A DNA stretch of 64,000 bases from Octopus vulgaris (lineage: Eukaryota), in the NCBI GenBank assembly GCA_951406725.2, contig OX597815.1, forward strand, positions 181,784,001-181,848,000. The letters are read 5' to 3'. Below, piece by piece: positions 1 through 12,958 of the stretch. The stretch's first letter is position 1, and every line of letters begins with the position of its first letter. The notes beneath the pieces are model-generated. The model was not told where the DNA came from and made no database searches. It worked only from the letters and a program-made list of their open reading frames with translations. A program made the position numbers and the translations under genes.

Positions 1-703
1 TTGCATGCAAGAAAGACATTTGCATTGGTATGGTCACGTGCTATGGATGGATGAGGAGAGCTGTGTGAAGAAGAGCCACTCCCAAACAATGGAAGGAATC
101 CTGGGTAGAGGGAGACCCAGGAAAACATGGGATGAGGTGGTGAAGCATGACTTTCAAATGTTGGGCCTCACAGAGGCAATGACAAAAGACCGAGACCTCT
201 GGAGCTATGCTGTGACTGAGAAGACCTGGCAAATAAAGTGAGTTAACAGCTGTAACCTACACCAAAGTTGCATAACCGTCCCACTCAAAGGTACCTTGGA
301 TTGTAGGGCGACATGCTGTGCTTGAGGAGACCTACTGAGTCAAGTACATCAAAATCAAATGGAAATTGTAGTTGTGATCCCCGTGCTGGTGGCACATATA
401 AAGCACCATCCAAATGGGGCTGATGCCAGCGTCGCCTTGACTGGCTCCCGTGCTGGTGGCACATAAAAAGCACCAACTGATTGTGGTTGTTGCCAGTCCC
501 CTCTCGCCCCTGTGCTGGTGGCACATAAAAAGCACTCACTACATTCTCTGTGTGGTTGGCGTTAGGAAGAGCATCCAGCTGTAGAAACACTGCCAGATCA
601 GACTGGAGCCCGGTGCAGCCTCCTGACTTCCCAAACCCCGGTCAAACCATCCAACCCATACCAGCATAAAAAACGGACGTTAAACGATGATGACGACGAC
701 GAC

Positions 704-745
<42 letters not shown>
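1..745 (+). mobile_element. RTE-clade LINE 3' end (ORF2 C-terminus, 3'UTR, (GAT)n tail)
   Basis: ORF 5-241 reads HWYGHVLWMDEESCVKK...GRGRPRKTWDEVVKHD, the typical RTE C-terminus. The UTR has repeated ggtggcacataaaaagcacc units and a (GAT)n tail, and recurs more than 12 times in the window. Confidence 0.9.
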
Positions 746-1409
746 ATATGAATACACACATACTTATATGTGTGTGTGTATAGATAGATAGATAAAGACA
801 CACATGCACACACATTTCTTTTATTTATATCTTTTAATTTATTCAGGTTAATTATCAGTTTCATTACAAATTACTCAAAAGAAACCCAGTGTATGTTCCC
901 ATTTGCTGTTTATATATTTCATTCATTTTGCATAAAATAACAATTCCTATTGTATCAGAATATCTGCTATGTTATACTTTTGAAATAAAACATCTAAATT
1001 ATTGCTAGGAAGAGAATACATGTTTCAAACCTTTCTTTGTGTAGTTTAGTGCTAATGGATATGTAATCTATAAAAAAAAAAATCAAATCTAAATATTTCC
1101 TATTTGTAGAATTGGTTCATAAAATTCTGTTATTTTCCATATAAAATGATTTTCGAATCATTTAAGACATTCCAACTTCCATTATCCTATGTGACTTCTG
1201 TATTTGAATCTTCACTTGTTTTATTTCCATCTTTCTTTATCAAAACTTATTTTAAAGTATTGACGAAGTGTGATGGGTATTTTTTTTTTTTTTTTTGTCT
1301 TTTAATAATGTTTTAATTCAGCATAAATTACGGAGTCATTACAGTCCACTTCTGAAAAAAAAATTGCTACACTTGAATGTATGCACACACATATATACAC
1401 ACACTCACA

Positions 1410-1503
1410 GGAGAGAGAGAGAGAAAGAGAGAGACGGACGGACAGACAGAGACAGAGACAGAGAGAGAGAGAGAGAGACAGAGAGAGAGACAGACAGATA
1501 GAC

Positions 1504-1566
<63 letters not shown>
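1410..1566. repeat. (AG)n/(AGAC)n compound microsatellite
   Basis: Direct reading. Confidence 0.95.
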
Positions 1567-1568
<2 letters not shown>

Positions 1569-2328
1569 GAGGTGTTATTTATGTATGTGTTGATAGATAA
1601 CGCTGGCATCGTTTGTTAATTTGTTCTGGAAATCAGATAGAACTTTGTTACTTTTGTGTAATAATGAAAAAAAAAATGGTATTTTCCTTTCTATTCAGTA
1701 TTGTTGCTTTAATACAACAGGCTCTCAGAATATCCAGGGATTTTGTACTGAATGCTCGTAGAGTTTTCCAGGAATTGCTGTCATATCCTAATGTTTTTCA
1801 TGTCAAAAGAAAAATATTTCTCATCATTTGTGCTAGAATAAAACACATTAACTCACTCGGCTAAACAATAATGAGTTTTCTTAATGTAATTTTACTAATG
1901 TTGACAATTTTTTGTTTTTGGTTTTTGCTTCACTGCAAAAAAAAAAAAAGAAATAATGCATCAGTGTATAGCAAAGAAAAGGATTGTCTGACAAGGTTGC
2001 TTCTAAAGAAAATTTACAAAGGCAATTTTCAGAATACATAAATTTTATTACATTTAGGAAATAGGCTTGTTTTTATTTGGTAAATGACATTTCAGGAAGA
2101 ACCATCTCAGTTGTAAAGAAATCAGAGTCAAAAGGTTAATAAAAGTATTATCAACAATTATCAGATTGTTTAACGAATAACAGTTTTGATATTGGGTGCC
2201 AAAATTTTGCATAAAATATACTTTGAATAATTAAGATTACTTCATTTATCAATGACAAAAGCAATATAAAATTGAAAAGAACTGAAAAATGAAATACTTG
2301 TCACGGCAGCGCAGCATAAATTTTTATA

Positions 2329-2744
2329 GGCGCAGGAGTGGCTGTGTGGTAAGTAGCTTGCTTACCAACTATATGGTTCCGGGTTCAGTTCCACTGCATG
2401 GCACCTTGGGCAAGTGTCTTCTTCTATAGACTCAGGCCAACCAAAGCCTTGTGAGTGGATTTGATAGACAGAAACTGAAAGAAGCCCGTCGTATATATAT
2501 ATATATATATATATATAGATGTATGTGTGTGTGTATTTTTCTGTGTCTGTGTTTGTCCCCCCAACATCGCTTGACAACCGATGCTGGTGTGTTTACATCC
2601 CCGTAACCTAGCAGTTCAGCAAAAGAGACCGATAGAATAAGTACTAGGCTTACAAAAAAAATGAATCCTGGGGTTGGTTTACTCGACTAAAGGCAGTGCT
2701 CCAGCATGGCCACAGTCAAATGACTGAAACAAGTAAGTAAAGAG
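2329..2744 (+). mobile_element. tRNA-derived SINE family C, full length
   Basis: Head ggcgcaggagtggctgtgtggtaag...gggttcagttcc (A/B-box-like), internal (TA)/(TG) microsatellite, tail tgactgaaacaagtaa. About 20 copies or fragments in the window. Confidence 0.85.
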
Positions 2745-2825
2745 TACTAGGTAACAAATATTCATTAAGATTACATTCAACAAAATAAGATTATCTTTAA
2801 AAAAATATCTGTTTTGTTTGTCGTT

Positions 2826-3420
2826 TCCTTGTTTTGGTCATTAAACTACGGCCATTCTGGAGCACAACATTACAGAATTTTAGTTGAGCAAATTGACCCA
2901 AGTACTTATATGTTCTGTTAAGCCTTGTACTTATTTTATTATTCTTTTTGCTAAACTGCTAAGTTATGGGAACATAAACACACAAACACTGGTTATCAAG
3001 CAGTGGAGGGACACATACAGACACTCACACACACGCACATAACAAGCTTCTTTCAGTTTCCATCTGCTAAATCCACTCACAAGGCTTTGGTCAGCTCAAG
3101 GCTATTGTAGAGGACACTTGGCCAAGGTACCATGCAGTGGGACTGAACCCAGTACCATGTGGTTGGGAAGTAAACTTCTTATTTCTTTATTGCCCACAAG
3201 GGGCTAAACATAGAGGGGACAAACAAGGACAGACAAAGGGATTAAGTAGATTACATCAACTCCAGTGCATAACTGGTACTTAATTTATCAACCCGAAAGG
3301 ATGAAAAGCAAAGTCTACCTTGGCGGAATTTGAACTCAGAACGAAAGGACGGATGAAATACTGCTAAGCATTTCGCCCGGCGTGCTAACGTTTCTGCCAG
3401 CTCGCTGCACGGCTGCATCT
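2826..3420 (-). mobile_element. SINE C (minus) with SINE B (about 3180-3405, minus) nested in its head
   Basis: Reverse-complement match to both families; the C head resumes at about 3408. Confidence 0.75.
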
Positions 3421-3604
3421 AGTGGAACAGAATGGTATGGATAAGTAAAGTTCCAGAGAAAACGCTTAATTCAATCATGTCCCTTTGCAAACAAATTTCA
3501 CACCACACACACACACACACATACAGATATGCATGTATGTGTATGTAACCTTTGCCTTTTGTCTAGAATTTGTAAATTAAATTCATTTATATATATATGT
3601 GTGC

Positions 3605-4186
3605 GTGGTACGTAGCTTGCTTCCCAACCACATGGTTCCAGGTTCAGTCTCACTATGTGGCACCTTGGGCAAATGTCTTTAACTATTGCCTCAGGCCAAC
3701 CAAAGCCTTGTGAGTGGATTTGATAGAAACTGAAAGAATCGTGTCATATATATCTATACGTATGTCTGTGTGTGTTTGTGTGTCCCCACAACATCGCTTG
3801 ACAACCGATACTGGTGTGCTTACATCCCTCATAACTAAGTGGTTTGATAAAAGAACCCGATAGAATAAGTACTAGGTGGTGTGCTGGCAGAATCGTTAGC
3901 ATGCCGGCCGGGCTAAATGCTGTTACATTCTGAATTCAAATTCCACCAAGGTCAACTTTGCCTTTCATTCTTTCAGGGTCGATAATTTAGTACCAGTTAC
4001 ACACTGGGGTCAATGTAATCGACTTAATCCTTTTGTCTGTCCTTGTTTGTCCCTTCTATGTTTAGCCCCCTTGTGGGCAATAAAGAAATAAGAATAAGTA
4101 CTAGGCTAACAAAGAATAAGTCCTGGCGTCGATTTGCTCGACATGGCCACAGTCAAATGACTGAATCAAGTAAAAGAATAAAAGAA
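3605..4186 (+). mobile_element. SINE C interrupted by SINE B (3877-4090)
   Basis: 15-bp duplication agaataagtactagg at 3862-3876 and 4091-4105 flanks the B insert. Confidence 0.85.
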
Positions 4187-5518
4187 TATATACACACATA
4201 TATATATATATATATACATATGCATACATATTTATATGTATGCAGATTATTCAAATCACTTACAACCTTCCTGTAAATTGCTAGAATCATTCTTATTTTA
4301 GATTGACAGGAATGGAAAAAAGAAAACTTATATTATTTTTCATTTTATTTCACTTTAAATTTTTCCTGACTTTTACTGATGATCAACCACATTACTGTAA
4401 GTAAACCATCCTGAAAATTACCTTTCTACCCTTCTTTGAGAATAATTTCATCCGGTACATATTGTCTTATTCTTAAGAACCATACTTTGTAACATCATAC
4501 ATTAATTGGCATCGTTTCTTAACGTGCATCTTAGTCTTTGAGTAATAGGATAAAATTTGGTGATAATTTATTGAATTTCATTGCTAATTTACTAATTGAC
4601 AAAGAAAAAGTTGATAAAATTTACCGAATAAACACTGTTTGGATTGAATATACTTTTCCTTCTGTGCAACAATAGATCGATAACTAAGCAACGCTAATAT
4701 CTGCCGCAAAGTTACACAATTTAGTAAGTTTTATGAGATTAACTTGGTGACAATAGCATTAGAAGAACCTTCGTTATAAATGCATTGGAATAACATAATG
4801 TATACAATTGGCTTATGAAATGGAAAGACTGTCTGCATACAGTTGCCATATTGTAGAGAGGTAAAATTACAAGGCTGTAAAATTTGTATGCTTAATGATA
4901 GCCGTTGCCTTTGATGAGATGGTAATGTATGATGCTCCTACTTTATAGGTCATGAAATTTTATCTCATCTCTCACAGTCTATTCATGGAACTGCATCGTT
5001 ATATTTAATTATAAGTCTTGAAATTAAGAAGCACTGATCAGGGAAATTGTTTCTTTGAATCAACACTGGATAATTGACCAGTGGTCGTGTCTGTAAAAAA
5101 AAAAAAAAAGAAATCTGTCATTATCTTCAGTTTGTAAATGATAACAATTATAGGCGACTCAAACTGCAAAGTAGATCAAAATCAATCACCCTGATGTTCC
5201 ATATTTAACTAAGGCACCAATTTCTCGTTGTCAATCCCTTTCATAAATCTGATTGATTTAAAGCCAATACAAGAATTCCATCATGAACAAGTGATGCATT
5301 GCTCTACAGAAATCAATCAACTTCTCAGTTCTTTACACAACTTGACCATTCAATCTCTCAGAAAATAGCAAAATCTTCCTCAAATTACACTCCACAATCT
5401 TAAAATAGAAACAACACATTTGATGATAACATTTTCTGGTAAAAGATAGGTTGCCTTGGCTAGAAAGCCTTTGAACTTTGTCCTACCCATGCAGAGTTGG
5501 CCTGGCATTAATTAACAC

Positions 5519-5703
5519 CTTCTTCTTCTTCTTCTTCTTCTTCTTCTTCTTCTTCTTCTTCTTCTTCTTCTTCTTCTTCTTCTTCTTCTTCTTCTTCTTC
5601 TTCTTCTTCTTCTTCTTCTTCTTCTTCTTCTTCTTCTTCTTCTTCTTCTTCTTCTTCTTCTTCTTCTTCTTCTTCAACATCATCATCATCATCATCATCA
5701 TCA
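5519..5703. repeat. Long pure (TTC)n tract followed by (ATC)n
   Basis: Direct reading; source of the poly-F and poly-K ORFs. Confidence 0.97.
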
Positions 5704-6043
5704 ATAACAACAGAACCTCACTATTTGTTCTAAGTATAATCAAGTTTCGTAGATCTTTTATAGCAAAATATCTTTTCTTCATATTAAATTAGTTCCTAGT
5801 TCTACTTCATGACCAAATTCCTTAATGCTCAAAATATACTTCGTTATATTTCGTTATATCTCTTTCATGTTATAGTAAATATTTATCAAAATTTAACTTT
5901 ATTTCAAACAATTATCTCTTTTCTACTGAAGCATTTGTCAATTTCTGTAATCTTCACCAATTTATATTCCCCATTCATATCTTTTATGAAATTTTGAACT
6001 TCCCAATCTTACAAGATTTCTTCTGCATATCAATTTTGGTTCC

Positions 6044-6095
<52 letters not shown>

Positions 6096-6542
6096 CTCTC
6101 TCTCTCTCTTTTAACTCATTCTTGGTTCTCTCTTTCTCTTTCTCATGTGTGTGTGTGTATGTGTGTGTGCATACATTCAAGTGAATGCTTTTTTTTTTTT
6201 TTTTTTTAATTTTTGCAGGTGTGAACTCTAATGACTTGGTAATTTATGTGGAATAATTTTTTGATTATTACGCAAAAATAGCAATATTTCTTTCTGATTT
6301 CCAGAACAAATTGTCAATAGTGCTGGTGATATCTGTCAACATATACACAAATAGAACTTTACTTAAACTCTCGCTCTCTCTCTCGCTCCCTCTCTCTCTC
6401 TCTGACTCTCTCTCTCTCTCATATCTCACAGGCAGCTCTAGCAAATACTTTGTTACTTTTACTCACCTCACTACAAAATTTAGTCTACATTATTTATATT
6501 ATTTACATTTGTTGGATATTTGTCCTCATCTTCTTTGTTGTT

Positions 6543-6588
6543 AACACAACGTTTCAGCTGATATACCCTCTAGCCTTCATCAGGTGTC
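6543..6588 (-). ncRNA. Minimal type-I hammerhead ribozyme motif (family A, near-intact)
   Basis: Minus strand gacac-CTGATGA-a-ggcta..cagct-GAAA-cg-TT-gtgtt; one mismatch and one wobble in stem II. Confidence 0.65.
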
Positions 6589-6760
6589 TTGGGGAAATTT
6601 CGCGCCTGGGTTCTCATTACTAAGGTATTTTTTGTTGTTGTTGTTGTTGTTATTATTATTGTTAGTATTATTCAGTTCTATATTTAAGAGATGAGGAATT
6701 ATGTACATTACTTACATTGTTTACATTTGATGGATATTTGTCCTCATCTTGTTTGTTGTT

Positions 6761-6806
6761 AACACAACGTTTCGGCTGATATACCCTCCAGCCTTCATCA
6801 GGTGTC
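6761..6806 (-). ncRNA. Minimal type-I hammerhead ribozyme motif (family A, intact)
   Basis: gacac-CTGATGA-a-ggctg(gagggtatat)cagcc-GAAA-cg-TT-gtgtt: stem I gacac/gtgtt, 5-bp stem II, palindromic ACGT helix III, GUU cleavage triplet. Confidence 0.8.
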
Positions 6807-6898
6807 TTGGGGAAATTTCGAACCTGGGTTCTCATTCTTAAGGTATTTTTCAAACATGGGTTCAATGTTATAAGATCCAAGGTTCGAAATTTCCCCAA

Positions 6899-6944
6899 GA
6901 CACCTGATGAAGGCTGGAGGGTGTATCAGCCGAAACGTTGTGTT
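6899..6944 (+). ncRNA. Minimal type-I hammerhead ribozyme motif (family A, intact)
   Basis: CTGATGA at 6904-6910, stem II ggctg/cagcc, GAAA at 6932-6935, predicted cleavage after 6939, stem I gacac/gtgtt. Confidence 0.8.
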
Positions 6945-7251
6945 AACAACAAACAAGATGAGGACAAATATCCATCAAATGTAAATAATGTACATAATTC
7001 TTCATCTGTTAAATATAGAACTGTAAAATTTAGTCTGTTTCAATCTTTTCACTTTCCAATGGTTTGATTTGAAGAAAAGGAATTCTGTCCACGGTCTTTA
7101 CAAGTCCATCAAGACTGGTGCAATCGATGTGGTTGATGGACTTCTTAAACAACTGCAAGAATAACAAGGCAGGAAGGAAGTTCTAGAGAACTGGCCTTTT
7201 GAGAAAGAAGGCTAGGGAATAGCAATTAGTACAGAATCTGCAGGCTACACA

Positions 7252-7471
7252 CATCAGCATCATCGTCATCATTATTTAACATACGTTTTCCATGCTGGTA
7301 CGGGTTGGGCAGTATGACAGGAGCTGACCAGCTGAAGGACTGTTAAGCCTCCATGTCTGTTCTGGCATGGTTTCTATGGCTGGATGCCCTTCCTGATGCC
7401 AACCACTTTACAGAGTATACTGGGCACTTTTATATAGTATCAGTATGGGTACTTTTTACATGGCACCAGCA
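7252..7471 (-). mobile_element. Diverged RTE 3'UTR fragment
   Basis: (CAT)n then ttttccatgctgg...ggatgcccttcctgatgccaaccac, reverse complement of the RTE tail. Confidence 0.75.
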
Positions 7472-7569
7472 CTTATGAGCCCACAAGGTTAGGATGCTCA
7501 GCAGATAGGGTTGCAGGGGACGATGAGAGGGAAAGAAAGAAATTGATTTGTTCTGCGTATATATATAAT

Positions 7570-7973
7570 TATTTCTTTATTGCCCACGGGGAGCTAAACA
7601 TAGAGGGGACAAGCAAGGACAGACAAAGGGATTAAGTTGAATACACCGACCCCAGTGCATAACTGGTACTTATTTCATCGACTCTGAAAGGATGAAAGGC
7701 AAAGTCGACCTCGGCGGAATTTGAACTCAGAACATAGCGGCAGACGAAATACCTACCACAAGGGGCTAAACACAGAGAGGACAAACAAGGACAGACAAAC
7801 GGATTAAGTCGATTATATCGACCCCAGTGCGTAACTGGTACTTATTTAATCGACCTCGAAAGGATGAAAGGCAAAGTCGACCTCGGCAGAATTTGAACTC
7901 AGAACGTAGCAGCAGACAAAATACCGCTAAGCATTTCGCCCGGCGTGCTAACACTTCTGCCAGCTCACCACCT
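7570..7973 (-). mobile_element. SINE family B, dimeric form
   Basis: tRNA-like head (gagctggcagaa...gagttcaaattc) and central gtcgactttgcctttcatcctttcggggtcga block that resembles the Meta-type SINE domain; body repeated. Confidence 0.85.
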
Positions 7974-8982
7974 TTGGTATATATATAATGAAACCATCTA
8001 GTTCCATGGAATAGAGAGAACTTTCTGGAAACAGTAGACAACAGTGAGGAAATAGCATGTCTGGACCAACAGTGATCAATAACTAATTATTATTAAACAA
8101 GACAATATTGAGAGAAAAACTGTTCCTTCAGAGACTGTAAAATTTATAACACAATCCACCTTTCTTTTGCATTTCCCATATCCTATGTATACTTAGAACT
8201 TGCAACCCAGTCACAGCATGGAAAGATTTATAGCAATTCTCGGAGATCAAAACAAAAATTAATATATACTTTCATTGAATGCATAACTTTTGGTATTTGA
8301 ATTTGTTTAGAGTGCAGCAGAAAGTGGAATCTGTAGATCGCAATTTTCAGAATGCAATTTAGTTTCGTGTCAAATGTGTCAGTGGAAATTTCACAACCTT
8401 ATCCTATATACAGCTAAATACAAAATAAACACTTGGGAAGCCAAACAAACAAAAAAAAATAAAAGAGAAAAAGGGCTTTGTTATTTCGAATTCCATCCTT
8501 TGTATTTGCAATACATTCTTCTGTCATTAGCTATTAGAAATTCTTCTCATATAAGTGTCCGGTCTACAAATATGAGAAATTCTCTGATCTCTAAGCATGA
8601 TAAAAACAAATGAGTGAATATATTTCTTCCCAAAAATATTGAAACAAGCATAGAAAAAAGGGTTATTTTTCTCTAGACCAGAGATCTGGTTACCATCAGT
8701 GAAAAATAACATCCTCCTATGATGTTTTTGAAAGATTTTCTCCTCTTTCAGCGTATGATCACACCAAATCCTGGATGACCATCCACCAAAATGTGAAGGA
8801 TATCTCTATACATTAAATGGCCCTAAAATTCTTCCACCTCCCAACCAGCATTTGGTTCTTTTGCTCCTTTGCAAAGAGAATCTCAAAGCAATTTCGTTGA
8901 CTCTTCCTTCCTTGTTCATCTCAACTATGATGTCTCTTTATGCAACACATTCATGCAGGAAACCAATACATTCATCAGAAAA

Positions 8983-9465
8983 CCCTTTGAAAACATAAAG
9001 ACACAGGAAATGTGTCATGACCAACTGGAAACAGCGTTTCCTAGGGCTAAATAACAGTAGCATTCTTCCCTTTCATGGGACTGCCACATTAAGTTGACAA
9101 CATACCATCACTTTATCGTGCTGCTACTGTATAAATCTCTCTGAGAGATTTAGAAATGTATTATTTCTATTTTCAGAAAAAATCAGTGAATGTATTTCAC
9201 TTGAAATATATATGTTTACAAAGGCAGATAGGCATCGACAGCTAACAAGCCATGCTACTCCAGACTGATGATGAGCAATGACTCTGAAACTAATCTCTGG
9301 ATGCTGGCTTTGCTGGGTGGAGGCGCTTATCTCCCCCTTTGTAAACATAAGGACACAAAATGTGTTATGGCCAACTGGAAACGGTGTTTCCTAGGGTTAA
9401 ATAACAGTACCATTCTTCCCTTTCATGGGACTGTCACATTAAGTTGACAACATACCATCACTTTA
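8983..9465. repeat. About 132-bp direct duplication (8983-9115 and 9335-9465) flanking an HHR-bearing insert
   Basis: Both copies run ccctttg.aaacata...cataccatcacttta with few substitutions. Confidence 0.9.
9259..9301 (+). ncRNA. Minimal type-I hammerhead ribozyme motif (family E)
   Basis: tccaga-CTGATGA-t-gag(caatga)ctc-t-GAAA-cta-ATC-tctgga: 6-bp stem I, 3-bp stem II, AUC triplet. Confidence 0.65.
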
Positions 9466-9704
9466 CATGGTAACCATCACATTTGCAGCTGCTTTGTATC
9501 AACCTACCCCCTACTTATATTAATGTCCTTCAATCCTGTCCCATTCCACAATGCACACTTACAACAGTAAGGGTGGATGCAAGTCCTATAGCATCCAATC
9601 AGCAAGGCCATTTCTAACAATGTTGATTTCATTACCATCATCAAATATTCTTTGAGCTAGCATCCGTCCTTATCAAAATCTTTATTCACATTCTTGATTA
9701 TAGC

Positions 9705-9858
9705 ATCCCCAGTACACAACTGGTATTTAATTTATCAACCCCGAAAGGATAAAAGGTAAAGATGATCTCGGCAGAATTTGAACTCAGAACATAAAGACAG
9801 ACAAAATAATGCTAAGCATTTTGTCCGGTGTTCTAATGTTTCTGCCGGCTTGCTACCT
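9705..9858 (-). mobile_element. SINE B, partial
   Basis: Reverse-complement match to the B head and core. Confidence 0.8.
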
Positions 9859-10784
9859 TACTGGCCTTGAAGATATTTCAGTGGCTATGGTAGAGCCCCT
9901 TCCTCTGGATCAAAACAAAAATAGAATTTATGCAAAACAGAGAAACGTAGGGAGAACAATTACTGGTATGACATAGAAAGAAACAATGACAGCAACGTAC
10001 AAACAATACAATAAATTCATTTTGTTCTACACCTCTCTGAACAGAGTTCCCAATATTTTCCCTATAAACTCCAAAGTACACCCATGGCAATATGTGTGTG
10101 TGTGTGTGTGTGGTCTGCAGCTAGGGTGAAGATATGGGATAACTGAAAAGATAAGTTTGTGGTATTATGCTTTGCTTTGCAGCTAATAACCTGCAGACCA
10201 CAGGACTACTCAACCTGGGCTGACCTGACACTAAACAACAACAACAACAACAACAACCTAATCTGATCTGAGTGGACTGGTGCCCAACTGTGTTAACAGA
10301 ACTTGTTTCATATCTTTTCAGTGAAATTCTGTAATTATTCTACAGTTTTTACAACTGTTTCAGTAGCATCGTATTGGTGAATTCATAAATTACATCATAG
10401 AATCCGCCATCCTCAGTCAGAATTTTGAACAGATATAAAGAGGCAAGGAAAAACCTGGACATTGACCTATTCAACAACGAATGTGATGGATAAGTGATTT
10501 TTCTTTTTAATGGCTGAATTTATAAAGAAAGTGGAGAACTAAACTGACATTCTTAGGTGAAAAGAGACCAGAGCAATCCTCTTTTTCAAGCTGTTATCTT
10601 GATTAGTTTATAGTCATGACCAGCGATTAAGCTGAGCAGGAGGGAGACAGGCTTCCAAAACATATCTAGGAAGAACAGTTAGATAAAACACCAGACTTGG
10701 GGTGGTGGGAGAATGACATAAAAGATCATCACCATTTCACACTAGAATGCACACATAATTGTACAGACACATACCTTCATTTGT

Positions 10785-11035
10785 GGAGGCACGTGGCTAA
10801 GTGGTTAGGGTGTCAGCATCATGATCGTAAGATTGTGGTTTCGATTCCTAGACCGGGTGATGCGATGTGTTCTTGAGCAAAACACTTCATTTCACGTTGC
10901 TCCAGTTCACTCAGCAGGCAAAAATAAGTAACACTGTGATGGACTGGCATCCCATCCAGCTGGGGGATGCACGTGCCATTGATACCGGGAAACCGTGCCC
11001 ATGAGCCTGGCTAGGCTTTAAAAGGGCGCATTTAT
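10785..11035 (+). mobile_element. tRNA-derived SINE family D
   Basis: Head tggctaagtggttagggtg...ggtttcgattcc (A and B boxes), then ttcttgagcaaaacactt. Related heads near 31955 (+) and 50160-50230 (-). Confidence 0.75.
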
Positions 11036-11450
11036 CTTTTTTTTATTATACCTTCATTTACAATTATACATACATATACACTCTACATACACATAGAAAT
11101 ATAAAGGCAGATGACCAAAGATGTTGGAATGTTGGACACGCAATTTTTCAGTTGATTCTTGGATCAGCTAGTTAATTGTGTCCTTGTCGAAGACATTTTA
11201 ATTGATGTTACCGAAAATGACAATATGGTTTACAGTATGATTGGCTGTAATTCATTCTGTTAACCTAATGCCTTGGAAACCCAGGTTAGCCTGTAAAGCC
11301 TAAAGCAAATCATAATATTATTTCATAATAATGTAATATTTCTGTTGTCATTAAGGAATGCATTAAAGCAAGAAATAACTTGCAGAAATCTGAGATCTGA
11401 TTCCAATTATTGGTTCAAACATCTTCATTTTGTGTTGCTAATGTCTTTTA

Positions 11451-11496
<46 letters not shown>

Positions 11497-11526
11497 TGTT
11501 TATATATTCGTTTTGCAAGCTTCTTG

Positions 11527-11566
<40 letters not shown>

Positions 11567-12958
11567 CCATCCCATTCTTCTCTTCTAAGAATACAAATTC
11601 TATATCCAGTGAGAAAAGATATATTCCTTGTGTTGATAATTTCTGCAACTGAAGAATCTGAACAATAAGTAATTGTGTACACTCCCCCAGGGATGTCTTG
11701 GTTCATCATTCTCATTTCATAGACTTTTTCGAAATGATTATTTTTCACCATAGAAAATAAAAATTTCCTTTTCCAAACCAATTTCAAAATTCTTGCAAAT
11801 CAGCCTTCTTTCATGTGGAATTTCTCTGCAGTTTCCTTCATAAGCTTTAATTAGCATTCTCTGCCGTTTATTCTTGTTTTATATTTACTTTATTTATTTA
11901 TTCAACATATGTCACACATTACATTGCAATGCAACACACATACACACGCACTCTATGTACACATCTCTGATCCTATCTTAATAATAAAAATATTCTATGA
12001 AAAAAAATTTGTTAAAAAAAAGAGACATTCATTTATGTTTTTGTTTTTTTTTTAATAAAAATATTTATTCCAAACATAATTCAGAATTTCTTTTCCATTA
12101 ATTGAGTTGTTTCATCAGGATTCCATCTTCATTTCTCATCTCTTTGAAGTTCTGAATAAAGAAAATGAAATTCTGAAATAGGGATTTAGTTTTCCATTGC
12201 AAGGACATTAGTAAGCCCAGGTATATGACAACATTATTTGCTCTTTCTTTCTTTTTTTTCCTTTTTTTTTCTTTTTTTTACTTTTTCAATGTGGATCCAC
12301 TTTTAATAGTTTCTATAATGGAATTCTTTCCATGTCTTCAGATTGTACAATTATAACCTCAGAAATCAATAGTTCTTTTAATCTTCTTGATTAGCAGAAC
12401 TTTGATGTTATGTACGTTTTGAATGTTTAGAAGAGGAACAAAAAAAAAAAAAAAAGAAAGAACATACCCATTACTTCATCATACTTTACCATGTTTTTCT
12501 TGAGAACAATAAGCATTCTTCAGACAGATTTGGCTAACTTTATTGATTTCTTGGAAGATTTTTATGTGAATATGTTTATGTATGTGTTCGTATGCTTGCA
12601 CATGTGTGAAGAAATAGAAGTATATAAGGAATACATCTCCAAGAACTGAAAAATATCTGAGAATATATGATGGTGCTCCCATTATTCATTAACATGACTT
12701 CCAGAATTCCAGTTTTCACTGGCATAATATCAATTGCCGCTTTCTTCCTTTGTGCAGCAATTATGAAATCAAAGGAGTTACCTTAATTCTTTTAAGAGAA
12801 ATGGTTCTAGATCACATCATATCAATAGTGTAGTTTAGCTTATCAGGTGAGAATCGTTTTCTATAGAGAATATTCATAGCCAATGGCAGGAATATGTATT
12901 TGCAATACCCTTTCACAGAAACAATCTAGGCCTTTCTAAGCTTCAAGCAGTACTTTTA

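Larger units (their letters stand above)
6487..7024. mobile_element. Family A HHR-element composite: two tandem minus copies plus one inverted plus copy
   Basis: Copies at about 6487-6672 (-), 6673-6851 (-) and 6877-7023 (+); 12-bp direct repeat aaaatttagtct at 6475-6486 and 7025-7036. Confidence 0.85.

Noticed and set aside
6668-7067. Repeated peptide NFPKTPDEGWRVYQPKRCVNNKQDEDKYPSNV on both strands
   Set aside because: Translation of the family A repeat; copies have frameshifts and the conserved signal is RNA structure.
7102-7143. 11-bp hairpin with a miR-92-like seed (ATTGCAC) on the minus strand
   Set aside because: The seed lies in the loop and the stem is too short for a pre-miRNA.
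8933-8982. Minus-strand CUGAUGA with a 5-bp stem
   Set aside because: Followed by GAAU, one A short of GAAA; single copy and compatible with chance.
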